Shown here: positions 24,096 to 34,328 of the stretch, in pieces
Layout of the letters: the number at the start of each line of letters is the position of its first letter
Numbering within the stretch: position 1 is the first letter of the stretch
Origin: Schizosaccharomyces osmophilus
Lineage: Eukaryota
Assembly (NCBI RefSeq): GCF_027921745.1
Contig: NC_079239.1
Coordinates: forward strand, 682,001-746,000
DNA length: 64,000 bases
Reading direction: 5' to 3'
The notes under the pieces: model-generated
Seen by the model: the letters and a program-made list of their open reading frames with translations, nothing else
Database searches by the model: none
Told to the model about the DNA's origin: nothing
Position numbers and translations under genes: made by a program

Positions 24096-24561
24096 ATGGA
24101 ATTACCTTTTAACACCGATTATTCTGGATCTCACACGATAACTGCGAACGAGGTGCCGTACCAAGTTCCTGAGGAAGGACAAGTGGAAGAACATGTTTTA
24201 CGGCTGGAGCCTGAGTCTCGAGGCAGACGTGTAAGGTGGGCGAATAATACTGTCGACAATGAGAATATGGACAAGAAAAAATCAAAAGGTAAGCTGCAAG
24301 ATGAAGGGCATGGATCGATAGGAAGGTGTTATCAAAACGAAACCAAAGAAACGTCTTTTCCAAGAGTGATCGCTTATACTAACATTCAAGTATCTTGCTA
24401 ATGCCCTTGTCCTTGGTCTCGGTCCGTATAGAATGACTTGGCTAACGAATGCAGTGTGCTGCATTTATCACAAGGCTAAAAAGTTTGATGAAAGCTCATC
24501 AGAATCCGACAGCGACTCGGATTCTTCCAGCTGTAGCCGGAATGCTTATGAGCGTGCGTGA
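24096..24561 (+). CDS. ypi1: PP1 inhibitor-3/Ypi1; exons 24096-24288, 24455-24561
   Basis: RVRW PP1-docking motif; VDNENMDKKKSK|VCCIYHK joined across a GTAAGC..GCTAAC..CAG intron. Confidence 0.92.
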
Positions 24562-25094
24562 AGGTTTAGGTTGTACTATACAAGGGGTTCAGGAAATTAA
24601 TGAATTTAAATAAAAGCTATATATATTTATCATGACGGTTCAGTTTGCAACACGGCTGTGGAATAGCCATGTCCTTCTTCAATATTTTGTATCACAAGCG
24701 TGAATGATGCTAAGTCTTTAAACTCTCATAATTGGCGAATCCCCTTGCTTCGTTGTCTAGGTGTATTCAATCTGAGAATTTTTAGTTGCGCATCCACGGA
24801 TAGCGTGAGTGTTAAATCAAAGTAGTTTTGAGAAAAGTGAATAAAAAAGAAAGATTTTTATTTCGATCATTAAGTTAAAACGAAAACACGAATAATATAA
24901 CAATCATCAACTTGAAATGAGACACAGATTAAATAAAATTACACACGAGAATGAAAACAAGGTGACCCAACGAATATAGACAGGCAGGTAAGAGGAGATT
25001 ACCTTTTTAGAAATAAATAAATAATACAGGAAAACCAATTCATCCTCAAAGAGAATATAGACCACGTAGAAACAAAGCTTTTGACAGCTTACGT

Positions 25095-25532
25095 TTACCG
25101 TCGATTCCGTTTTGTCCATGAGCCGTTCAAGTCAAAAACCCTTCGTTTATGAGGAGCTTCATCATCATCTGAATCCAGAACGGGCCGACCAGAACGAGCT
25201 GTGCGTAAAGCAGAAAAGTTAAGATTTGGATTGTTTACAGGAGCTTGCTGGACATCATCCATGTGAATAGAATCGCCATTCCCGCCAAAAGATTGGTGAG
25301 ACGAGTCTGCGACGAACTCGGGGTCATATATGGCCAGTTTTTCTTTACAGTATTGAAGTATATAGTCACTAGAGACACCGTTACATTCGATTAGTTCGGC
25401 GATTTCCTTCAAGGCCTGTGCATAACCAGCTTTTTGGGAACGAAGTGACTCTGCGGTGGATGCTTGATACAGCTGCGTAACGCTTAGCGCGGTTTGTTTA
25501 AAATGAGATAATAAGTTTTCTTGACCAGACAT
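25095..25532 (-). CDS. Conserved fungal protein (SPAC6B12.14c-like)
   Basis: ATG at 25532; LLSHFKQTALSVTQLY..GYAQAL motif; syntenic. Confidence 0.75.
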   Translation of the reverse strand: MSGQENLLSHFKQTALSVTQLYQASTAESLRSQKAGYAQALKEIAELIECNGVSSDYILQYCKEKLAIYDPEFVADSSHQSFGGNGDSIHMDDVQQAPVNNPNLNFSALRTARSGRPVLDSDDDEAPHKRRVFDLNGSWTKRNRR

Positions 25533-26371
25533 TCCTATGAATAGGTACAATTTACAGTTCGCATACCAAGAATAGCTACTTTAAAATTGTTTTGGAGAAG
25601 GCAGGTCTCGCGAAAGGGTTATTCATTCTTCAGGGCAAATTACGAAGTGGAACGTAGTTAGTAAACCTCGAACGTAATATTTGCTTTCGTAGCTTATATG
25701 GTAAACAAAGCATTTGTAAAAAGAAAAGATAAAGTATAAACAGGGTATGAATCTCATCGTTTGAAGCAAGTTAAGGGCGTGTATGCATGGATTTGATCAT
25801 GGGAAGGCCCAATAGATAACCACGATTTGTTGGTTATAACTGAAAAGCTGGGCTAAAAGTGTGAAATACAACATGTAATTTTGTAAGCTTGAGTAATTTA
25901 CGAAACAAATTCACATTTAAAAGAACAGTGGAGATAAAAAGAAATACTTTATGCATTCAATAGACTCATTACCGAGTGAAATACAATGTAGACAAGTATG
26001 CATTTTGTTTCGTCAAGCTGGATTATAGGTGCCCAGCTAAATACATTACTATAGTGATGATTCGTTTCATAAGAGATCCTACTACTGGCAAAGAATTCGA
26101 AACATTACCTTCCCAATGTCTGGAGGATGTGAAGAAGCGATTGCAAAGATTTTTAATTGATATTTAAGTACTTATTTTTTTCTGTCTCAACCAGAAAGGA
26201 TCTCGACGATAGGACAAATCTCGTCAAACACCAAATAAGTTTTGGTCTTCAAGGTGATCGTCGAGAGTGCATCTTCGTCGAACCCATCAAGCAAAGGAAT
26301 TCAGTCACCATAACACCTAACTGCAGCTTGATATTGGAGCACCGCTGCTAAAAATTTTGGTGTAGCATACA

Positions 26372-26405
26372 ACCCTAACCTAACTTTTACAGAAACACAG
26401 TCACA
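26372..26405 (+). promoter_or_regulatory. Homol E-like box plus Homol D box of the cpc2 promoter
   Basis: ACCCTAACCT (~26372) and CAGTCACA (26398-26405), ~65 bp upstream of the ATG of a ribosomal-component gene; this is the typical fission yeast ribosomal-protein promoter layout. Confidence 0.75.
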
Positions 26406-26467
26406 TCACATATAGAACATTTTTGTACTAATTTTACTTTTCCTTCAAGACATCACGACCAGTCAAC

Positions 26468-27768
26468 ATGCCAGAACAACTTGTGCTCCGTGCAACTCTC
26501 GAAGGTCACTCTGGATGGGTTACTTCCCTTTCCACTGCTCCTGAGAACCCTGATATTCTTCTTTCCGGTTCTCGTGACAAGTCCATCATCTTGGTAAGTA
26601 CGATAGTGTCAGTCGACCTCGACTGCCGTAAAAAATGCCTGTAATCTTTCTGCATTACTGAAATTTACAGATATTTAGCAGTATTGCACGACTTTCATAC
26701 AATACGGCCTTTTACTAACATCTTTATTATAGTGGAACTTGGTCCGTGATGATATGAACTATGGTATCGCCCAGAGACGCTTGACCGGCCACAGTCACTT
26801 TGTTTCCGACTGTGCTCTTTCCTTCGACAGTCACTATGCCTTGTCTGCCTCCTGGGATAAGACCATCCGTTTGTGGGATCTTGAAAAGGGTGAATGCACC
26901 CACCAATTCGTTGGTCACAACAGTGATGTCTTGTCCGTTTCCATCTCCCCTGACAACCGCCAGGTTGTTTCTGGTTCTCGTGACAAGACCATCAAGATCT
27001 GGAACATCATCGGTAACTGCAAGTACACCATCACCGACGGTGGTCACTCTGACTGGGTTTCTTGCGTTCGCTTCTCTCCTAACCCTGACAACCTCACCTT
27101 CGTCTCTGCTGGTTGGGACAAGGCCGTTAAGGTAAGTTTTTTGTTTGCATCGCACCTGCTGTTTAGGATATTACAAATGTTTTGGGTAGATGATGGTTCT
27201 ACAATATTTGCTACTTCGGAGGTCCTTTCGGGCTCGATGAGACAAAACATTCACCTTAGTTGCTGATACCATTCGACAGCATTTGTTGATTTTACAACTT
27301 TGCGATAGCTTACTTGCTGTATCATTCACTTTACTAACCCATACATAGGTTTGGGACTTGGAGTCTTTCTCTCTCCGTACTTCTCACTACGGTCATACCG
27401 GCTACGTTTCTGCTGTCACTATCTCCCCTGATGGCTCTCTTTGCGCTTCCGGTGGTAGAGACGGTACCTTGATGCTCTGGGATCTTAACGAATCCACTCA
27501 CCTCTACTCTTTGGAAGCTAAGGCTAACATTAATGCCCTTGTTTTCTCTCCCAACCGCTACTGGCTTTGCGCTGCTACTGGCTCTTCTATCCGTATCTTC
27601 GATTTGGAAACTCAAGAGAAGGTTGATGAGCTTACTGTCGACTTCGTCGGTGTCGGTAAGAAGAGCTCTGAGCCCGAGTGTGTTTCCCTTACCTGGTCCC
27701 CTGATGGCCAAACTTTGTTCTCTGGCTGGACCGACAATGTTATTCGTGTTTGGCAAGTTACCAAGTAA
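26468..27768 (+). CDS. cpc2: RACK1/Asc1 WD40 ribosomal protein; exons 26468-26593, 26733-27131, 27349-27768 (314 aa)
   Basis: [19 protein letters not shown]..., WD repeats, and two canonical GTAAGT..TACTAAC..TAG introns. Confidence 0.97.
27185..27270 (+). ncRNA. Intronic box C/D snoRNA of the U24 family (snoU24b-like) in cpc2 intron 2
   Basis: Terminal stem GGTA/TACC, box C-like ATGATG, U24 guide ATATTTGCTACT before D' (CGGA), C' GATGA, and box D CTGA at 27263-27266. RACK1-intron U24 is established in yeasts. Confidence 0.88.
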
Positions 27769-28071
27769 AAATAAGATCCTAATTGTTGTCCCATTTGGCG
27801 AAATTAAATAATGTTTTAGTGGCTTTAGGAAGGATCATTTAAAGTATGAATCGATTTAGATTCCACCATTTATATATGTTTTAGCGGTTTGGTTTTGGTT
27901 TATAAGTATTGTCTTTGTTTTATTGTAATTTCCTTTGGTACTTGGGTGTAGACACATCAAGGGTTAGAAAACTTTGATGATAACCACTGTAAGTGCATGT
28001 TGCTCTTAATTCGAAAAACAGGCGTATTTCGAATGCTTTTTTTTTTAATGCATATAAAAAGTAAAAAGATT

Positions 28072-28142
28072 TGCTTCGGCCGGGAATCGAACCCGGGTCG
28101 CTTCGATGGCAACGAAGCATTATACCACTAAACCACCAAAGC
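28072..28142 (-). tRNA. tRNA-Gly(GCC)
   Basis: Reverse complement GCTTTGGTGGTTTAGTGG...CTTCG-TTGCCAT-CGAAG...GGTTCGATTCC...GAAGCA, 71 nt. Confidence 0.96.
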
Positions 28143-28526
28143 AGTCATTGAACTTTAAGGGCAATTAGACATATATAACCATGTTCTTAAATTTGGAACA
28201 TAAACAATTTTCCACTAACAAAAGCTTTATTGTTGAGTTATCTCTCTAAGCAGCAAGCTGGTATAGGTACAAGCAAAACCTGTAGTCAGAAGAACCAACC
28301 ATCATTCAAAACGGAAGCGTAAGATGCCAACCTCGTTAGACTGTCGAAGGTTGTGAAGGGTGAATATAAAGATTAATAAGTCAGTAAAGCTACAACAAAG
28401 TTACTCTGTAAGTGTCAAACAAATAGAGAAAGAAAGGGAAATTTATTGAAAAAGGATTTTGTGTTTAGTTTGAGTTAGGAAACAAGTTGCCTTTGCTCAA
28501 AGGACGTAGCATTGAGATTTCCTCCA

Positions 28527-30103
28527 GTAAACAAACAGACACAACCAGAAAAGCGGACTAGTGACAAAGAGTTACTCGATTTGTCCTAGGAAACCTTTGG
28601 AATTATTTGTGACTTCTACTTACGGAAAAAATCATCAATGCTGGATGTTTGAGAAAAGGATCAACTTAGTTTAAGAGATCAGCGTATTGTTTTCATGCCA
28701 AGATGCAGCTCCTGTCCTATTTTATCAATTTCAACTCAATTCGGTTTTGGAACATAAACCCCAAAGCTTGACTTGGCCAGAGTCAATGCTTCGAAAGGTC
28801 GACTGATTCAACATCACTATTGAGAGAAACGATTATGCCAGGAACGCAAACATTCGTTGAGTCTGTTCTCAAATACTCTTATCTCATGCTCGTTGCTAAA
28901 AAGGTTTAACACGTACATGAATAATAGGAGCAGTTGGAACTCGACCTTTTGAATGCTGCAAATTACATTTTGGAATGTAAACAAACGCCAGCAACCACCA
29001 GAATCGAATCTTTAGTCGAATACTAAAATCTTATGCTCGCTGCTGAGTTGTCTTGTTCAACACGTACATAAATAATAATAGTAGACTAAATGCAATTGCT
29101 CGTGCGTTGCTTTGCTTTGCTTTTTGAAATGTAAACAAATGCTAGAAGCAAGAGTCTTAAGGAAAAGAACGGGGGATAAAACCAGTTTACAAGGGAAAGA
29201 AGTTAAAATCAAAAAAGGGAATCAATCAAAGAGAAAGCTGAAATGTTAGAAAAGGAGGGAATCAAAGGGATCATACTCAAAAATTGTGTCATAAAGGTTC
29301 ACGAGAAAAGGTTATTAATTGAAAAAAGATTAAGAGGATGAAATTTAAGAAGAGTATCAAAACGTTCATCACAATTTTTTAAGACATATGAGTAAAAAGG
29401 TATTGGAGCAATGGGAAAGCAACCGAGTGGAACGCCTTCTGCTTATTCCTCTTTTAACGAAGCAAAGCAGTGATACATCCAAGGAGCGCTCATTTCGTGA
29501 GTTTTGTCAACAATAGACTGAAACGAGATCCTGTGTTCGCAATTCATCTACAAGAAACAAAGCTCTCGAGTTTGAGAAAGAATTGCTTTTGGATGCATTG
29601 TGATTGATATGCTTGCTTGGTTGAATAAGGGAGAGTTCGACCTCTATTTATATCTTCTCAAGACGTTTGTTTGTTGACATTTGGGATTGGAAACAAACTA
29701 CTCACAACAAACAAAGGAAGCTTCACCATTTGTTTTCTGTTCAAAAAAGTTTGAAAGAGAAAGTAAGCTCGGTCTGAGCCATCTACCTAACTTAGATTCG
29801 AGACTTTTCAATTTGTATATGCCAAGTAAACAGTCGGAAGAATGTAAAGGAGATGAGAGAAAATCCAAGAGAAGCTTAAAGAAGTAAAATGGGACTTTGC
29901 AGACTTATTGCATTGTCACAAGTTAAGAGTGGTTTTTCTCAGCTACTCGGTTTTGAAGGGAATCTAAATTGAAATCGAGTTTCGGTTTAAGACCATTTTC
30001 GACAATCAAACGCTGAATTTTCTTTTTTCTTTAAATCATATAGTGGGAGAATTTTCTTATTTCTGAAAAACTAGCTTTGTCTACATTCTGTAAACAAACG
30101 CCA
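28527..30103. promoter_or_regulatory. Cluster of forkhead (Mei4 FLEX / Fkh2-Sep1) motifs GTAAACAAA
   Basis: Copies at 28527, 28977, 29131 and 30090, all in the same orientation. Confidence 0.6.
28872..29143 (+). repeat. Degenerate ~150 bp tandem duplication, each copy ending in a FLEX motif
   Basis: Shared blocks in the same order: AATACT, ATGCTCG.TGCT, AACACGTACAT.AATAATA, TTTG.AATGTAAACAAA.GC; offset ~147-154 bp. Confidence 0.75.
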
Positions 30104-30208
30104 AGTGGAAATATGTTACTTGGTCTTGTGACTCGATACAGCGTAAGAAATGCAAAAAGGCCATCTTCTTTTTCTTTAGTTATTGCCAATTAGGCGGTGT
30201 TCGAGTTT

Positions 30209-30695
30209 ATGCCTGGAATCATGTAATTGAATTGACTTATAATTTGTCTCTTTTAATTCTATACTTGCATTTCATCGTGATTTGTGAGTTTTGCGTGTAG
30301 AAGAAAACTACAATTGCTCGACGCTATTTGCACTGAAACGTTGATATGTGGTATTTGGGTGTTGGTTACACTAATTGTTGGTACGATATTACTCACATTT
30401 ATTTGCTGCCTCGGGCTAGACTTTAAGAGCTCATATGCAAGAACGAATTCGCCTATACTTCCAAATTACCAAAGAAGGTATGATGCACTGCTTGCTTCAC
30501 TGACAACTGACAAAGAAAAAGCGTTGCAGAGCATATCTACTAATCCTACTGCTCATAATTATTTCTATTTGGCTCCTGCCTTTTTTCCCCTCTATTTTTA
30601 TAAAATTCCCGCATTCTGTTTTAGGTGTTTTTTATTATTCGAGGCACTTTAATACGATCGATTTATTTATGTTTTTGTTTTATTGTTACCCTTAG
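30209..30695 (+). CDS. Putative unannotated spliced multi-TM protein (~118 aa) or pseudogene; exons 30209-30222, 30301-30477, 30530-30695
   Basis: Two strong hydrophobic segments in different frames are joined in phase by a GTATGA..CTGAC..CAG intron. The first exon and intron are weakly supported. Confidence 0.4.
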
Positions 30696-32108
30696 TTCCA
30701 AGTAACATGTTATCTTTGGAGTAGCAATAAGATTCCTTTCAGCTTTTTTCCTATGCTTCATATAGGTTAGCTAACAGACTTATTTTCTCAAGGGATATAA
30801 TTCGTCTATGATTTAAGTCAGTTTGTTTCATGTTTTGGCTGTTGACTTTTAAAAACCCTCCACTACCACCTAAAAGGATTGTCTATCTATCTTTGTCTAT
30901 AGGTGATAGTGCTAGCAGTCAAGTCCAGGAAGTCGAAATCTAGGCTGTTATGTAAACGCCGTTTCATTTACAACTGAATAACCTTTTTTCCAAGCAATTG
31001 TATTTCATCACTTTGCTATTTTAAAAATCCTTTAAACAGGAGTACCAAAAGAACCCGTTGATGAGAGGTAAGTCAAGAAGAGGAGAGCAGAACAAGGAAA
31101 CGAATTGGGTCGCTATCTTGACAACTATTTTGCTTATTTGAGAAAGAACATTCGCATGATGCAGTAACTTATTTCTATCTTTACAGTCCTCGTGTAGATC
31201 CTACCATCCGAAAATTAGCTTTAATGGTGAACAGTCGAATTGACGGGTTCGTTTCACTAAAACATTGTCAATTTCGACACTGTAATAATTTTTTGACTGA
31301 TTTGCTTACAACAGAAGTTTTGAAAAGAGACTTTAGATGGCCATGCATTCATTGTCGTTTCTACTAACATCTGTCCGTATATATATATGTATCCGAATTC
31401 TGTACGATGGGATTCTGAAGTCGATGGGTTCTGAAATCGGTTTAGAATCGGCAACATTGATGGCCCCGGATATGCAAGGTATTTATTTCATGCAGAGTAG
31501 ACTTCGATCATGAGTATAATGTCAAACCTTCAATGCGAATAGATTTGGTTTTGCTGCAACTGCTGATTTAGAATCATATTGCCGAGTTGAATGATAAGAA
31601 GGACGTTGTTAACTCAGTTGCTGAAATGGGCATACTAAAGATTCCATATATATCGGAATATTTAACTTTTTTTCTGGTCCCATAACCTTAGGACCTCATC
31701 TTTCCTTTAAACAAGCAACACTCAAAATAGATACTACTAGTGACAAAGTTTTAATTTATACATCCACGAAAATCTTGCTTACAGTGGCAATTATAGTATC
31801 AATTGGCGTTTTATTTATATAGTAAACTTAAACTAAAATACAAAAATGCAATGCAATGCTCAAAAATACAACTCGAAGGTTTCACTTGCAAAAGTGAAAG
31901 GAATAATTGAACTAAATGTCAAATACAATCGTAAGGCTTGATCGAAAAACATAAAATCATGAAAAGAAAAAAGAAAAGATAACCCAAAAAGAAAGCAAGA
32001 GCTTTCCTGGAGCAATCTGAATAGAAGAATTCGATGCTTATAGGCAAGCTGAAATTTGTATTCTTACTCTAGACAGCCTCCTTAGGAATTTCCCCAGCAT
32101 ATCCCCCT

Positions 32109-32324
32109 TTAATAGGTGATATTAGAAGCGCCAAAATTATTGGTAGCATTAGCGAATTTTCCTTGAATATGAGTGCTATTCGTTTGACTCAATTCTGAAG
32201 TAGTATTGTATCCTTGGTAAAGAGCATTGGAAGAAACATTTCTTTGAGCCGCACTGCCGTAAGGGAAGGCAAAAGAAATTCCCAATAAAGAGATCAAGAA
32301 AAGGCTAAGCAAAAACAAGCGCAT
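32109..32324 (-). CDS. Small secreted N-glycosylated protein (71 aa), no recognised family
   Basis: ATG in an AAAAG context, signal peptide MRLFLLSLFLISLLGISFA, five N-x-S/T sequons, and TATAAATA ~140 bp upstream. Confidence 0.65.
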   Translation of the reverse strand: MRLFLLSLFLISLLGISFAFPYGSAAQRNVSSNALYQGYNTTSELSQTNSTHIQGKFANATNNFGASNITY

Positions 32325-33531
32325 CTTTTTTCTGCTTTGGTGACTCTGAAATTGTGCTAATACAACTTAAAAATGTCAAAAAGACAAGTATCTGTACAAC
32401 TGATGAAAGAAGGAATCTGGGAATCGATTAATGAAAAGAAATAAGGATATCCTGATTATTTATAGAATTAAAGACCGGTCAGCCGCACTTCACATTTACC
32501 AGCTTTCGGACTTTCGTCAGTAGGCTTGCAAATCTGTTGTTGCTTGTAAACAATGAATTGACCAGATAATGTCAGATAACTCTGTTTGATTATTACCAGC
32601 CAACTCAAACGTAACGATGATGTTGATGATAGGAAGGAGACTACAATTGGAGCTTCATGGATATTGGCTCAACAAGTCTTTGCTCATTGATATAAGCCTA
32701 AGTGGCTTGCCATTAGTTTAATCGAGTAGCTGGCTGATCCTGCTGTGCTCTTTGCTCTTTGCTGTACGAATAACATCGACTTTTATTCTATTGTTCCTCG
32801 TTCCTTTACACCTTCATTTAACCTTTGTTTTTGTTTGAATGTTTATTTTTTGTTAATGTAGCTATCAAACAGGTTTTACTTACATATATCTACTAACTTC
32901 ATCATATTCGTGTCACTTCACAATACCTGCCCTGCTCTGGCATAAGTGACAAGTAGTTATTGGTTGACTTGCCTAAGACTGTTCAGAGAAACCCCAAACC
33001 CAAAGAGAGCTATCACAAAGTAATCAGTACTGTGGTAAAGCAACCAGCGTACGGTCCTTGCGAAAGCCAACAACCAAAGATCAGGACGATTGTGAGCATC
33101 AATTACAGGTGTAGCCAATTCAGCCTCATGTTCAATCTCAAACTCAAACTCATTGATAAAAGAACTTTATACTCACACTCGCCTTATAAGTGCTGTATTG
33201 ACGAAACCAGCTAGACTTTTATATGGACACGTAGTCTCCAATGTTCCAGCAAAGGGAAATACGATGTCTCGACAATTTTTACCTTGCAAATATACAGCTT
33301 GTAACATCTTCTCATGACAAATAAAGGAACATCTAACAATGAAAAACTAAAAATAAAAAGAATTGAACAGAAAAAAGGTTCAAACATGAAAGCACTTTTT
33401 CTATGTCACCTAGGAAGGAACAGTAGCACATGAAACAATTCATTGAGAGCAAGTGAATGCAAGATGCTTTCATCTGTATATTTTAGAGAATGATTAATTT
33501 GCATTAAATGTTATATAACACAACAAACACT

Positions 33532-33650
33532 GTCTACGGCCATACCTAGGCGAAAACACCAGTTCCCGTCCGATCACTGCAGTTAAGCGTCTGAGGGCCT
33601 CGTTAGTACTATGGTTGGAGACAACATGGGAATCCGGGGTGCTGTAGGCT
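33532..33650 (+). rRNA. Dispersed 5S rRNA gene
   Basis: 119 nt, GTCTACGGCCATACCTAGGCG...GGTGCTGTAGGCT, matching fission yeast 5S; T-run terminator follows. Confidence 0.98.
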
Positions 33651-34253
33651 CTCCTACTTTTATTGTTTTTTTTTTTTCTAATGTCTCTTAGTATTGCTAG
33701 AGATTTTGTAATGTAAGTTTCCATTTGGAAGCAACTTTTGGGAACTATTTAGGAATGGATGCCAGTGATTACCAACTACATTCTGCTCGACGATAGTACT
33801 TTACAAAACCAACGGGTTATTTTTCAGTTTGAAGTACAATGTTAGAGAAGGAAACCTCTTCCTCTACGACAAAACTAAAAGAAGCGACTATACTTGGATG
33901 ATTTTTACGACCCATTTCTCTATTCCTACTGCTTGCTTCTACCATATGAAAGTTGCCCTCATTGAATCTTGCATAAGCAAAATCTCTACCGGATCCAACT
34001 GTTTTTACTTACCAACATTTACATTCTTTGTATTGTACAAGTTCGATTATGAAAATGGAAAATGCTTTTCCTCGATAAACAATTTTCAGGGCTTACATTA
34101 ATAGTCGTACATAAACGGATTAAAAAATATATAGTCACAAATGTTTGATTTTTATGTTACAAACCACTGAGAAGTGTTTATTGTTGGATTCTTTCACGAC
34201 CAAAAATTATTTGGCGGCTTATATAGCATTTTACAAGTGAAGTTATCAACAAG

Positions 34254-34328
34254 TCCCGTTTAGCTCAATCGGATTAGAGCGTCCGGCTTTTAACCGGAAG
34301 GTTGCGAGTTCGAGTCTCGCAGTGGGAG
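34254..34328 (+). tRNA. tRNA-Lys(TTT)
   Basis: Cloverleaf with anticodon arm TCCGG-CTTTTAA-CCGGA, GTTCGAG T-loop and a T-run terminator. Confidence 0.95.

Noticed and set aside
29681..29887. 68-aa ORF from the track
   Set aside because: TTG start, no recognisable features or bias.
28200..30200. Search for a wtf exon 1 (DLEKG / PPY-type antidote N-terminus)
   Set aside because: No such sequence was found in the frames inspected; only short ORFs such as a 42-aa one at ~29388. A direct wtf call is not supported.
31257..31457. 66-aa ATG ORF on the minus strand in the island
   Set aside because: No motifs, signal or TM segment, and it includes an AT-repeat-derived YIYIY; length is compatible with chance.
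32960..34101. ORFs 32960-33214, 33494-33724 and 33829-34101 around the 5S gene
   Set aside because: Two have non-ATG starts and one is antisense to 5S rRNA; no coding features.
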